DNA of 64,000 bases from NCBI RefSeq assembly GCF_018350175.1, contig NC_058368.1, positions 9,300,001 through 9,364,000 of the forward strand, read 5' to 3'. Below are positions 48,936-59,563 of this stretch, in pieces. This DNA is from Felis catus. Its lineage: Eukaryota. The notes beneath the pieces are model-generated. The model saw only the letters and a list, made by a program, of their open reading frames with translations. It made no database searches and had not been told where the DNA came from. The first letter of the stretch is position 1. Each line of letters begins with the position of its first letter. A program made the position numbers and the translations under genes.

Positions 48936-50875
48936 ATGTTCTTCTCCTGCACCGGACCTGCACCTCCAGGTGATGATGGGGAGGGACCGAGGTGGTGGGT
49001 GTTGACGTGGCGCGGGTCCCCTGCAACGCCACACAGACATGGGACCCACTGCTAAGCTTCACCACTCGGCGGGACGATTCGCCTTACTGACAATCTTCTC
49101 CTGATGGAGGACAAGCCATTGTGCTACGTGGCCTTTGGAAAGTACCCCGCCCTCCACAGCGGCCATGACAGGAGAGCACGCAGGGAATCCAAAGATGGCG
49201 GAGAATTGGGACCATGGATGAATCAGATCAACTGACAGAGGAGAGCAGTAATGGCCAAGCTTATTGCGTGCATGAGCACCGCATCTCGGACAATCCTGTA
49301 CGCATGTGCAATTCTTTTTCCTCCAGGCCTCACTTCTTTGGGACAATAAAGCACTCAAGTGAAAGTTGCACAGGCTTGTAGCTCTTCAGCCTTGTCTGCC
49401 CCCTGTCCCTCAAGGCCTCTCCTCCACGGCAGCTTCTGTTCCTGCCCCTCTGTGCCCGTTATCCACACTCTAATGTTCCCGCCCCTGGCGTGCTCTGCCC
49501 GCCACAGGGGTGCTCCCAGCCTGTTCCCTAAGTGATTCTGGCTCTTTCGGATGAGGCTTAGAAACTCCACAGGTCTTTGACGTTTCTTTTATGTGCAAGG
49601 AGTTCAAGCACGTAAGCAATCTTCCCTTATTTTCTCCTTAGTGACTCAGACACAGAGGAGGGGGATGCTCTGAGCTCCAGCCCCCGCCATGCAACAGCAC
49701 CGGGTGGCCCAAAGGGGGCTTAAAGGAGTAAACCACGCCTCCGCCCACCCCCGTGATTTCCATCATGTGTCCCCAGAACCAACCCCAGAAGCAACAATCG
49801 AAGCAGAAGCCGCATGCCTGCTGTGCACACTCAGAACCCCTTCCCCCACCCCTTCCAAGCACACCACTGCCCTCCGCCCTCCCAGTTAGAAATCACCACT
49901 GCCAAAGTCACGCAGGCAGCTCCCCCAAAGCCCCTCCTTCCCAGCGTGCATCGGTTGTCCCCGTTAAAGGCCAGGCGTCATTTTACCTGCTTTCTGCACT
50001 AACCTGAGGGGAGCTCTTGCAGTCCCCCCGCCCCTGTAAGCCACAGATGTGACATGACATCTCCTCTAGCAACTGAAGTGACTGTCGCCCGGCAGATTCT
50101 GATCAGCAGGCTCCTGTAGGTCAGACCTGAAGAGCAGGCCAAGGGCAAGGCCGTGGGCCTGAGGATCGCACAGTCTGAGAGCGGGGCCCCCACACCCGGC
50201 CCTGAGCAGAAAAGACCGCTGACCGGCCTCCCCCGGCCACGACCTTCCGGAGGCACGCCAGCGCCTGGCACATGGAGGTCATGTGATGAACGGCTGTGGA
50301 GTCGAACGCTCCAGAGGCATGAAAAGTGGGCCTGTTGTTAAAGGAAATGAAGAAAATCGATCTCATCTAAGATGCCCTGATTTACACAACAACCACAAAA
50401 GGGAACCTAGTTTGAATTTTAGGGGCTATTTTTAGGAGCCAGGGAAGTTGAGAACAACACTGCGGAGCCCCGGCTGAACTCTGGCCCTGACCAGCCCCTC
50501 GGTCTCCTTCCTGGTAAGCTCTACGTGAACCCTAAGTGAATCCAGCCCTGCCATGCTGTAACGCTGATTTTGAAGTTGTTCGAGAAGATACACACACGTA
50601 GGTACATGGATTTTTTTTTTTCTTTCTCGTTGGTAAAGTAGCCGATTGTAGTGCCTCAGGCCCCTCTGACCACAAGAACAAAACCTTCGTTTTAAGTGCC
50701 CATACGGTTTTTGACTTTGCATGCTATAGTGGAGGCATTGTGGCCTGCCAGAAAGAGCCAGGAGCAAAGAACCCAGATATCTGCGTCCTCGCCGCCTCTC
50801 TTAGACCAGCTGACTCCGAGCTACGGGGCAGTAACTTCGCATCTCTGAGTCCCATTTTCTTCGTCTACCAAATTT

Positions 50876-51098
50876 TTAAAAAAATTTTTTTTCAACGTTT
50901 TTTATTTATTTTTGGGACAGAGAGAGACAGAGCATGAACAGGGGAGGGGCAGAGAGAGAGGGAGACACAGAATCGGAAACAGGCTCCAGGCTCCGAGCCA
51001 TCAGCCCAGAGCCCGACGCGGGGCTCGAACTCACCGACCGTGAGATCGTGACCTGGCTGAAGTCGGACGCTTAACCGACTGCGCCACCCAGGCGCCCC
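50876..51098 (-). mobile_element. CAN-SINE, young SINEC_Fc, inside a MIR
   Basis: Perfect TSD TCGTCTACCAAATTT (50861-50875 / 51099-51113). Confidence 0.97.
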
Positions 51099-52398
51099 TC
51101 GTCTACCAAATTTAAGAGGCTTGGATTACAGGAGCTTTGAGGTCAGTTACTACTGGCTTTCCCCATAAGTAGGACCCTCCCAAATGGCGTGACTGGTGTT
51201 TTGAGATCACCGTCTCCTCCCTCTTCTCCATAGCCCTTCCTCCAAGGTTAGCAGCGGAGAGCAATCCCCCGCGTGGGCACCGGGGCTGTGTAAGAACCGG
51301 GCCGAGGGCTGCGGAGGAACGAGGGCCCAGGGGTGGTGGCCGAAGGGGAGTCCCTACCCACCACCAGGAGCTGTTAATTTGCTTTTAGCGGTTGTATCTT
51401 ATTTAGCTCATGTAAGAGCCACTTCCTGGATCAAAGCAAAGTGTCATCAGAGAAGGAACACACACCGTGGGGTGAAAGAAGGAAGAGGTTCAGCCTCCCT
51501 TGGCGCTTGCCAACACCTGCTACTCCAGCACAATGTAGAAAAGAGGTTGCTTCCCCGGACAAGCTCCTGGGAGCCTGGAGGGAGCTGAAATTCTTTTTAA
51601 ACTGTCATACTCCAATGAGGGAGATGCTGCTGCTGTAAATAAAATACCCAAAAGCCTGGGGACTAGGAACAGGGAAATTTAATGCATTGGCTTGAGATTC
51701 TTAAGTGAAATTCAGGGGAGAATAATCAGGGCAAGAAAGTGCGGGGGGTGGGGGGGGGCGGGTGATGAGCTGGGAGCAGTCTTCCTGCCTCCATGAGATG
51801 GCCTGAGCCGGTGAGCTTTCTTGAAACCAGAAAGCAAGTGACAGGAGGAGGTGGGAATCTTGGGCTCCCTCCCCAGACACTGCTGCTGAGGCAGATCCAG
51901 GGCAGGGGCCGATGCCTGGCGTGCGGGGTGGGGTGCAGAGAGAACGTCAGCCTTCCCAGCTCCGTCACTCTCTCCTGATGCCTCCCTTGTCATCAGCTCT
52001 GATGTGGCATTATTATTTCTTGAAGACTTTAAAATACTATTTTTACCCCGAGCACACTTTTTTTTTTCCCCTTCCAGAAGGAACAAAAGGATCACAACCC
52101 ACATGCTCCTCAAACTGGCAGTCCTGAGAAAAGACAGGGCTCAGATTTACATGTTGAGGGAGCTCTAGCCCCACGTTCCACCCCCTCCTCATTCCCACGG
52201 AAACGCAACTGAAAGGAGTGCCACGGGCTTGGTATTGTGAGATACACAAGCAAAACTAGTACAAAATGATGAATGATGGGGCTTCACAGCCAGTGTGATT
52301 ATCAGCAGCAATTTTGGCCGTTAACAATTAGTGTTATATGTCTACTCATAGAAGAGGGGCATTCTCTCTTTCTTTGTGATCTCTCTCTTGCACATGTT

Positions 52399-52481
52399 TC
52401 TCTCTCTCTCTCTCTCTCTCTGTCTGACACACACACACACACACACACATGCACACACACACACACGCACACACACATACA
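52399..52481. repeat. Compound (CT)n(CA)n microsatellite
   Basis: Direct read. Confidence 0.93.
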
Positions 52482-54376
52482 TGGTTTGGTAGTCTGGTTT
52501 ATTCCACCACAAAAACTCTGTTCTGCTTTTTCATAGTTCATATTCCCAACATCCCTTAAAATTTTTCTGAGGCAACTAATTAACTATTACGGGGTCACTG
52601 GGCAGTTTAGGAAGGTCTACAACTTGCACTCACCATTTTTTCTTTTCCTTCATATAACAGGTGCTTAGGGATCTCGTTCAGAAACATCAATATGGTGTTT
52701 GTGTTTTCCTTGTCCCCCCACAAGACTAGGCTGGAGTTTGATAGTGGAAGTATTTATCTCTGATGTGTACGTAAGAGAGGAAGAGATTTAAATATATGTA
52801 TATATTTGTGTGTCTTTTTTTTTTCAGAAAAAAAAGCTGGTGTAAACCACACAACAGCCCACAGTCTGTCTAAACTTTCTGAGTGTCTCTTAAAATGGAA
52901 AATATTAAGAGTATTACTCATACATTCATTTGAAAACTGGAAGGCAAAAGGAGAGGGGATGATTCATTCCAACCCCGGAGACAAAGAACAAATCAAAGCC
53001 AGAATGACTTCTTCTCCCAGGCCTTTGAACTCTGGATGAGGAACTTGGTGTTCCCTGTGGGAACCGCACTTGGGCCATCCCCCAGGCCCACTCAGGCCTC
53101 ACTGCTCTCTCCCAAACCCTGGTCTCACCACTGCCACCCTCCCCTGAGCCCAGTCCCCACTCCTCTGAGAGTTCTTGGATAGTAGCTGGCTGAGACCTCG
53201 CATGCGACAGACGGCATGTCTTGGCTCTTTACGAAGGGGCTCCCTGAGCACCTGCTTCCTGGTGCCCTGGGGAGAGCTGGAGCCAGGATCCCCTGCTGGG
53301 GGGGGGGGGTCATGCTCATCACTACTGGTTTCCCTCTGGCACTCTCCCTGATGCCCTGGAAATCGCCTATCAGTGGCTGTGGGGCCCAGTAGACGGTCTG
53401 GCTGGGCTCCTGAGACTTCCTGGCCCTCCAATCCACACAGCCCTTAAGAAACAGAAACAAGAAAGGCCCTGAAGATGAATGGAAAAAAAAAAAAAAGAAA
53501 AAGAAGAAGTACAGATATGGCTTAAGGAAAACCCATTATTGGATATTTGCTGTGAAGAAATAACAAATCAAGGTAATGATCCTTCGAGCAGACACCTGAT
53601 AACATTTTTTGGTAAAGATAAGCCAGTGTACCTTATAGAAGGATATTAAACAGATCCGTCAACCCCAGGCAAACTACGTTTGCTAATAAACTGACAATTA
53701 ATAGATAGCCCAGAAGATAAACACCATTCAGGGATGGGCTGCTAAAAGGCTAGTGTTTAAAAGCAAGGAGAAAATGAAATTGAAGGGTCAAGTACCCGAG
53801 AAGAAAGGGCTCCAGCCACAAGTATCGGACTCTGAATTCCCTTTACCAGAAAAACCCCAATTTCCTCTTGAAATGTCTGGCTTGTGAAGGGCTAATCCCG
53901 CTTCAGTGTTTTTGTTTTAAAGGAAACAACGTCCAGTTTGTTGTTGACTTTCTAAACACACAACGGCACCTGGAAAGATCGTATATTACTGTAAAATAGC
54001 ATGACTTAAGGCAACCTCCCAGGAGCATGCAGAGCCCATACATCTGAGGCACTTTCTCCTTGGTTCTTTGTTCACAGCCAGAAACAGTGTTGAGCCAGGG
54101 TTCGACTGCAAGCTCATCGGCGCATTTATTAACTGCGGTTTCGGTTTGTAAGTCTATGCCTCACGCTAATTGTTTAAGTAGGAGCTTCTTTTCGATCGCG
54201 TTCCATCAGGAACTACTGATTTTCGCGATGCTCTGATTTCTACACACGGGTTCCTTTTTCAGATGTGATGGGCAGCCAGGCAGGCAGGGGAGGGCCCTCC
54301 ATAAAGGAAGCGAGCGCATCCCCGGAACAGCATGGCTCATTGCCCCCATCCTTCCATTGGCCCAACCTCCTCCTCA

Positions 54377-55661
54377 CTACAGCTGGGCCACAGCAGCCAC
54401 TCTTGACATGAAATCACTCCTTGTCACCAGTGTTGCTAGAACGGTCTCCATGCCAACTCCTGCTCTCAGGCCCCTGGGAGTGCCACCGGAACGCTGCGGA
54501 AGGCAGGTGTGCGTTGTCTTTGTTGGCCTCGGCCTCCAACGCGTTTGCCAAACAGGCAGGTGGTCAGCTGGTGCCCTTTGTCCGACCAGCACCTTCTTTC
54601 CGGCAGGCTTGCCCAGCAGGGGTGAGCCCGAGGAGGTAGCCTCTCCGTTTCTCACCTCCTCTCTTCTCTGGTCCTCAGTCCTTGCCCTCCTCTGCCTTCT
54701 CGGGAGGTATACATGCATCACCCTCACCTGAGTCGTGGCCAGGCAAAGCGTTCCCTGTTTCTTCCACTTCTGCCCCCTCTGGAATCAAGGAGAGGCTTCC
54801 TGTGGGGTTACAGACAGGCCACTCCGCGTTGGCTGTGCCTTCACAATCCCACCCCTACTTTGACTTTTGCGCCGCCTTTGGGTTTGGCCTATTGGCCCTA
54901 TCTGGCACTCTGGTCCCCCGGCAACAGTCCCCTCCGCCTGACTCCCTCCCAGAGGAGGTTGCCCTATCCTCTGCCCTCCAGGTGCCTTGCTAGTTCCCGT
55001 CCTGAGAGCAGATCATTGTCTGTCTAGCGTCACCTTTGCAGATTGTCCCCGGATGTCCTTGTCTGCCTGACATCCAGGTCCTGACCTCAGCTTGAGGTCT
55101 CTGTCGCTGTGTTCATCCCTTTGAGGGGGCTCCTTTTCTTTGTTCTAGAATTCCTAAGGCTAAGTATTTGGCCGAACTACCCAGGGAAGGTGATCTTCCT
55201 TGCCAGGCGTGCCTCTGAAGCTGGGTGGGTTCCCCTGACTCAGCTTGATGGGTGGCTTGTCTCGCTCCCTTCCTGTCTGCCCCGCGATGTGGGGGGTACT
55301 GGGCCGGAGCCACGACCTGGAGCTGGCCTTCGGTGTGGACAACACATGGGAGGACACATCAGTGCAGCCTGAGATAGGGAGGTAAAGGTGGCCCAGTCCC
55401 CTGGTCACTTGAAAAGTCAGACCCCTGGCTCTATGAGCCCCCTCCAAATTTCTGCAACAGCCATCTTCTGGAACGTTCCCAGATCGGCCAACGAGGGGCT
55501 GAAGATGTGGCCGCCTGGCTAGCCCGGGCCACTTGCCACGCTGGCCTGAATGTGCTCTCGTTCACAGCGTTAGCGTTCAGATGCGGTATCCGGGATGCCC
55601 CGATGCCATCGAGTCCTTTCATACGTGCTCCTCATTAGCACACGTTCTCCTTTCTCTCCAT
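54377..55661 (-). pseudogene. Possible decayed single-exon ORF (disordered-protein-like), unidentified
   Basis: No recognisable repeat; purine-rich minus strand; one frame has 5 internal stops in about 390 codons; Kozak-like ACAATGG at 55661-55659 downstream of a promoter-like module. No homology established. Confidence 0.2.
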
Positions 55662-55689
55662 TGTAAGAGAGATAATATAGCCGCGTTCT

Positions 55690-55830
55690 GATTAATAGCG
55701 GAACAGCCGCTGTTGTCCATGGCAACAGACTGCATTGGAAGGTGCTGTTTGGTAAACACAGTGAGTTTGAATTGTGTGGGTGTGGGCTCACTGTACCTGG
55801 GGTGGGGTGGCTCGGGGGGCGGGGGGGGGG
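55690..55830 (-). promoter_or_regulatory. Candidate RFX/forkhead/GC-box promoter or enhancer
   Basis: X-box-like GTTGTCCATGGCAAC (55712-55726), GTAAACA (55752-55758), GGGGCGGGG (55816-55824). Confidence 0.35.
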
Positions 55831-55969
55831 TAGCCCCTTGTGGGATCTTCGCTAGATCTCTTCTCCGTGGAACTGAGGATCTACATGCAGACATGTCTTG
55901 CGTGCACAGAGAAGGAGCCTCGAACAGGTGCCCTGAGAACATTTCCCACCATCAAAGGGGAAGACAGGG

Positions 55970-56210
55970 AACTGGCCATTGGGAGTATTTAGTAAGTGCC
56001 AAGGTAAGGTCTTTGCATGCATCCTCTGTGCAATCACCTGGCTCTCCCAACAACCCTGTGGGGTAGCTATGGGAAGCCCATTTCCCAGATGAGAATCCCA
56101 GGGTTCGGGGAGGATCCAGCAGCCGGCCCAAGGCTTTGCGTGCTGGCCCTGCACTAGCCAGCCGTGTGACCCGGGGCAGCCCGACGGGTGCTACCTTTGG
56201 GATCAGAACC
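55970..56210 (-). mobile_element. MIR
   Basis: CTCCCAACAACCCTGTGGGGTAG...CCCATTTCCCAGATGAGAA core. Confidence 0.7.
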
Positions 56211-56463
56211 AGGCCTATCCGACCCATGTCCATAACATCCCACTACATCGTGAGCGGGGACGTTTTCTTGAGCCTGGCTTCTCTCGTCCCGACCTCTCCC
56301 GCAGGCCCCAGCGTTCTAAGCAACGTTGCCCTTCTCCTGGGGAACCTGGCTTCCAGTTCAGTTATTATCAAGGGTCGGTGGATATTTGAGTCCAGCAGGT
56401 TGCTCGCAGACACTGTAGCTTCCGTGGAGGCGGGGTGGAGAGTATCTAGAAGCGAAGGCTTTT

Positions 56464-56677
56464 AAAAATTTTTTTTTTCAACGTTTTTTATTTATTTTTG
56501 GGACAGAGAGAAACATAGCATGAACGGGGGAGGGGCAGAGAGAGAGGGAGACACAGCATCGGAAACAGGCTCCGAGCCATCAGCCCAGAGCCTGACGCGG
56601 GGCTCGAACTCACGGACCGCGAGATCGTGACCTGGCTGAAGTCGGACGCTTAACCGACTGCGCCACCCAGGCGCCCC
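56464..56677 (-). mobile_element. CAN-SINE, young SINEC_Fc (7-bp internal deletion)
   Basis: Perfect TSD TAGAAGCGAAGGCTTTT (56447-56463 / 56678-56694). Confidence 0.97.
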
Positions 56678-57250
56678 TAGAAGCGAAGGCTTTTAAACAG
56701 AGGTGGCCAAGGGCAGGTTGACAGGTGAGGAAGTAGGCACAGCCTTGGAAGCCACGAGAAGCTGAGAGAACGTTGCTGGCCGCTGGAGCAGGCGGCTTTG
56801 CGCAGCGAGTCTGTGAGAAGACTCCACGGTGCCTGGACATGCCAGTCCGGGGCAAAAGCAATTAGGCCAGGAACGGCGGGACCCAGCGCAGGAAAAACAC
56901 CGTGTGTTCCTTCTACCCTCAGCATCCAATTATGTCTATTTTCAGGCAGAGCTACTCTGAGCAGACTTGTACTCCGGGAGGGGACCAGAGTGGGGCCAGT
57001 CCCGATGGACAGGGAAGCTGGCATCACGAGTCAGCTGCAGACCCAGGACGGCTGACGCAGGGAGAGGGCTGGGCCGGGGGCGGAAACAGGATCACTGCTC
57101 CGAGTTCTCTGGTGCCTCCAACAGCCAGCAAGGCCCTGGGGGCTAAAGGAGAACTCACACGGTAGCCAGAGTTGTTTAGGGTCCACAAAGTGTTTCATTA
57201 CATGCTTGGAAACATCTCTAAGTTCACTCTATAGGGAGACATCAGTTCTT

Positions 57251-57467
57251 TTTTTTTTCCTTTTTTTTTTTCTAAATTTATTTTTGAGAGAGAGGGAGAG
57301 AGGGAGAGGGAGGGACAGAGAGAGAGGGAGACACAGAATCCGAAGCAGGCTCCAGGCTCTGAGCTGTCAGCACAGAGCGTGATGCGGGGCTCGAACCCAC
57401 GAACTGAGAGATCATGACCTGAGCTGAAGTCGGACCCTCAACCGACTGAGCCACCCAGGGGTGCCCC
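57251..57467 (-). mobile_element. CAN-SINE
   Basis: Diverged TSD GAGACATCAGTTCTT / GAGGTGTCGGTTCTT. Confidence 0.94.
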
Positions 57468-57519
57468 GAGGTGTCGGTTCTTAACCAGTCACGGGGAACG
57501 GGGCTCGGGATTTCAGGAC

Positions 57520-57720
57520 AGCATGAGATAGCAAAGAGCATGTGGGCTTTAGAAGTCAACAGACTCAAGCTTGAACCATGGCTCAGTCCCCAGCCACCAG
57601 TATGAGCTGAGCCTTGGTTTCCTCAGCTGTAAAAAGGGAGTGGCTCATCTTTGAGTTATCCCTAATAGATCGTTTGGGGAAGGTCAAGGTGGCCATTCAA
57701 GTCAGTGCTGCGTAGCCCAG
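57520..57720 (+). mobile_element. MIR
   Basis: CTGAGCCTTGGTTTCCTCAGCTGTAAAAAGGG core. Confidence 0.65.
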
Positions 57721-58183
57721 GAGCCTGGACTGGCTCGAATCCTTGGCAATTTCCCGGGCCTATTCTAGACCCAGGGACTTCCCAGGAGAATCTGGGGCCC
57801 AGCAAAACACACAGGGTAACTCACTGCCCAGCCAACTACTCTGAAACAAAGTCTACAGAAAAGAAAAATCAGAGAGAGTCATAGAAGGAGGAAAAAGGGA
57901 GGGGGGCCTCAGAGAAGAGCAACTTGTGGCGGAAGGGACAAACCTGAAAGCTGGCAGGGGCTTGCCCGCGGATTCGCCCTTGCGTTCACAGGCCACCCAT
58001 TCCGCCTTGTGAGTTAAAATAGACCGACCCCCTAGAACAGGACGAAGCCGGGTGGATCAGCTTTCCAGCTGTAGAGGCCACTAGGGGATGCCTTGGGAAC
58101 GCGTGGTTTTGTCTAGCACATCAGTCTTTGCACATCACTGAACTCCTCAAGTTACGTGTGGTTCATTTGGTCATTCGGGTTTT

Positions 58184-58415
58184 TTTTTTTTTGAAAAATT
58201 TTTTAATGTTTATTTACTTTTGAGAGAGAGAGAGACAGAGCACGAGTTGAGGAGGGGCAGAGAGAGAGAGAGAGAGGGAGACACAGAATCCAAAGCAGGC
58301 TCCGGGCCCCGAGCTGTCGGCCCAGAGCCCGACGCGGGGCCCGAACTCACGACCCGTGAGATCGTGACCCGAGCCGAAGTCGGATGCTTCACTGACGGAG
58401 CCACCCAGGCGCCCC
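58184..58415 (-). mobile_element. CAN-SINE
   Basis: TSD TGGTCAT(T/G)CGGGTTTT. Confidence 0.94.
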
Positions 58416-58436
58416 AGGTGTGGTCATGCGGGTTTT

Positions 58437-58627
58437 TCAACAATGTTTATTTATTTATTTTAAGAGAGAGAGGGAGGATGCAAGCGGGGAAGGGGCAGAG
58501 AGAGAGAGAATCCCAAGGAGGCTCCGCAGAGCCCAAAGCAGGGCTTGATCCCACAAACCCCACAGCGCGTGACCTGAGCCGAAATCAAAAGCCGGATGCT
58601 TAACTGACTGAGTGATCCAAGTGCCAC
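58437..58627 (-). mobile_element. CAN-SINE (older)
   Basis: Diverged head; TSD GTCAT..CG.TTTT. Confidence 0.88.
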
Positions 58628-59348
58628 AGTCATTCCGTTTTTAATGCACAGCTATTGTGTGCCAGAAAATGTGCTAAGCAGTGGGGCTAGCGCAGCATGA
58701 GCCGACAGGTACAGGAGCAGAAGGGGAAGGTAGAGAGGGAGGGGGGAGAGGAGGGAGGAAATAGTTTACCTAATGTCTTTGCTGGGCTATTGATTGAAGC
58801 CTCAAAGAGGAAAGAGGAGAATATACCTGAGGCAATAATGGCCCATAGCGATATTGGTATCGATGTCAGTTTTATTTTTAAATAACTGTACACGTAAATA
58901 GAATCCAGGATGTTTGTTTCTGGAATTTTCTATCTGAGCTGTCAGAGATGAAAGCAACTAGGGCATGGTTGATACCCAGAAAGGCATAGCTGAGATTTGG
59001 GGCTGAAAACGTGTGCTGCCGTTAGCATAGGCTCACTGAAAACTGGGATAGCTTGTCTGTGGCTAGAATTCTGGGTTTTTTCCTCCGTGCTCAATAGTGA
59101 TTTTTAAAATGTGACTTGAGAATTAGACAGAAAAAGCCTTTCGACCAAGGCTGCACATTTGATAAAGATGCCAAATCACTCTGTGGGGAGATTTAGAATT
59201 CAGTCCACTACTGCTTTATGTCTAGAAGCAAACAAACTAAGTACTTTGTTGCCAAGGGGATTAATTAGTCAATATTTATAAAGGGCTTTAAAGGTTAAAA
59301 GTGCTCCATAAATGTAAAGTATTATTAATATCACTAGTAGTTCTACTG

Positions 59349-59563
59349 TTTTTTTTTTTTTAACGTTTATTTATTTTCGGGACAGAGAGAGCCAGAGCAT
59401 GAACGGGGGAGGGGCAGAGAGAGAGGGAGACACAGAATCGGAAACAGGCTCCAGGCTCTGAGCTGTCAGCGCAGAGCCCGACGCGGGGCTCGAACTCACG
59501 GACCGCGAGATCGTGACCTGGCTGAAGTCGGACGCTTAACCGACTGCACCACCCAGGCGCCCC
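59349..59563 (-). mobile_element. CAN-SINE, near-consensus, no evident TSD
   Basis: Full-length body; the two flanks do not match. Confidence 0.95.
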
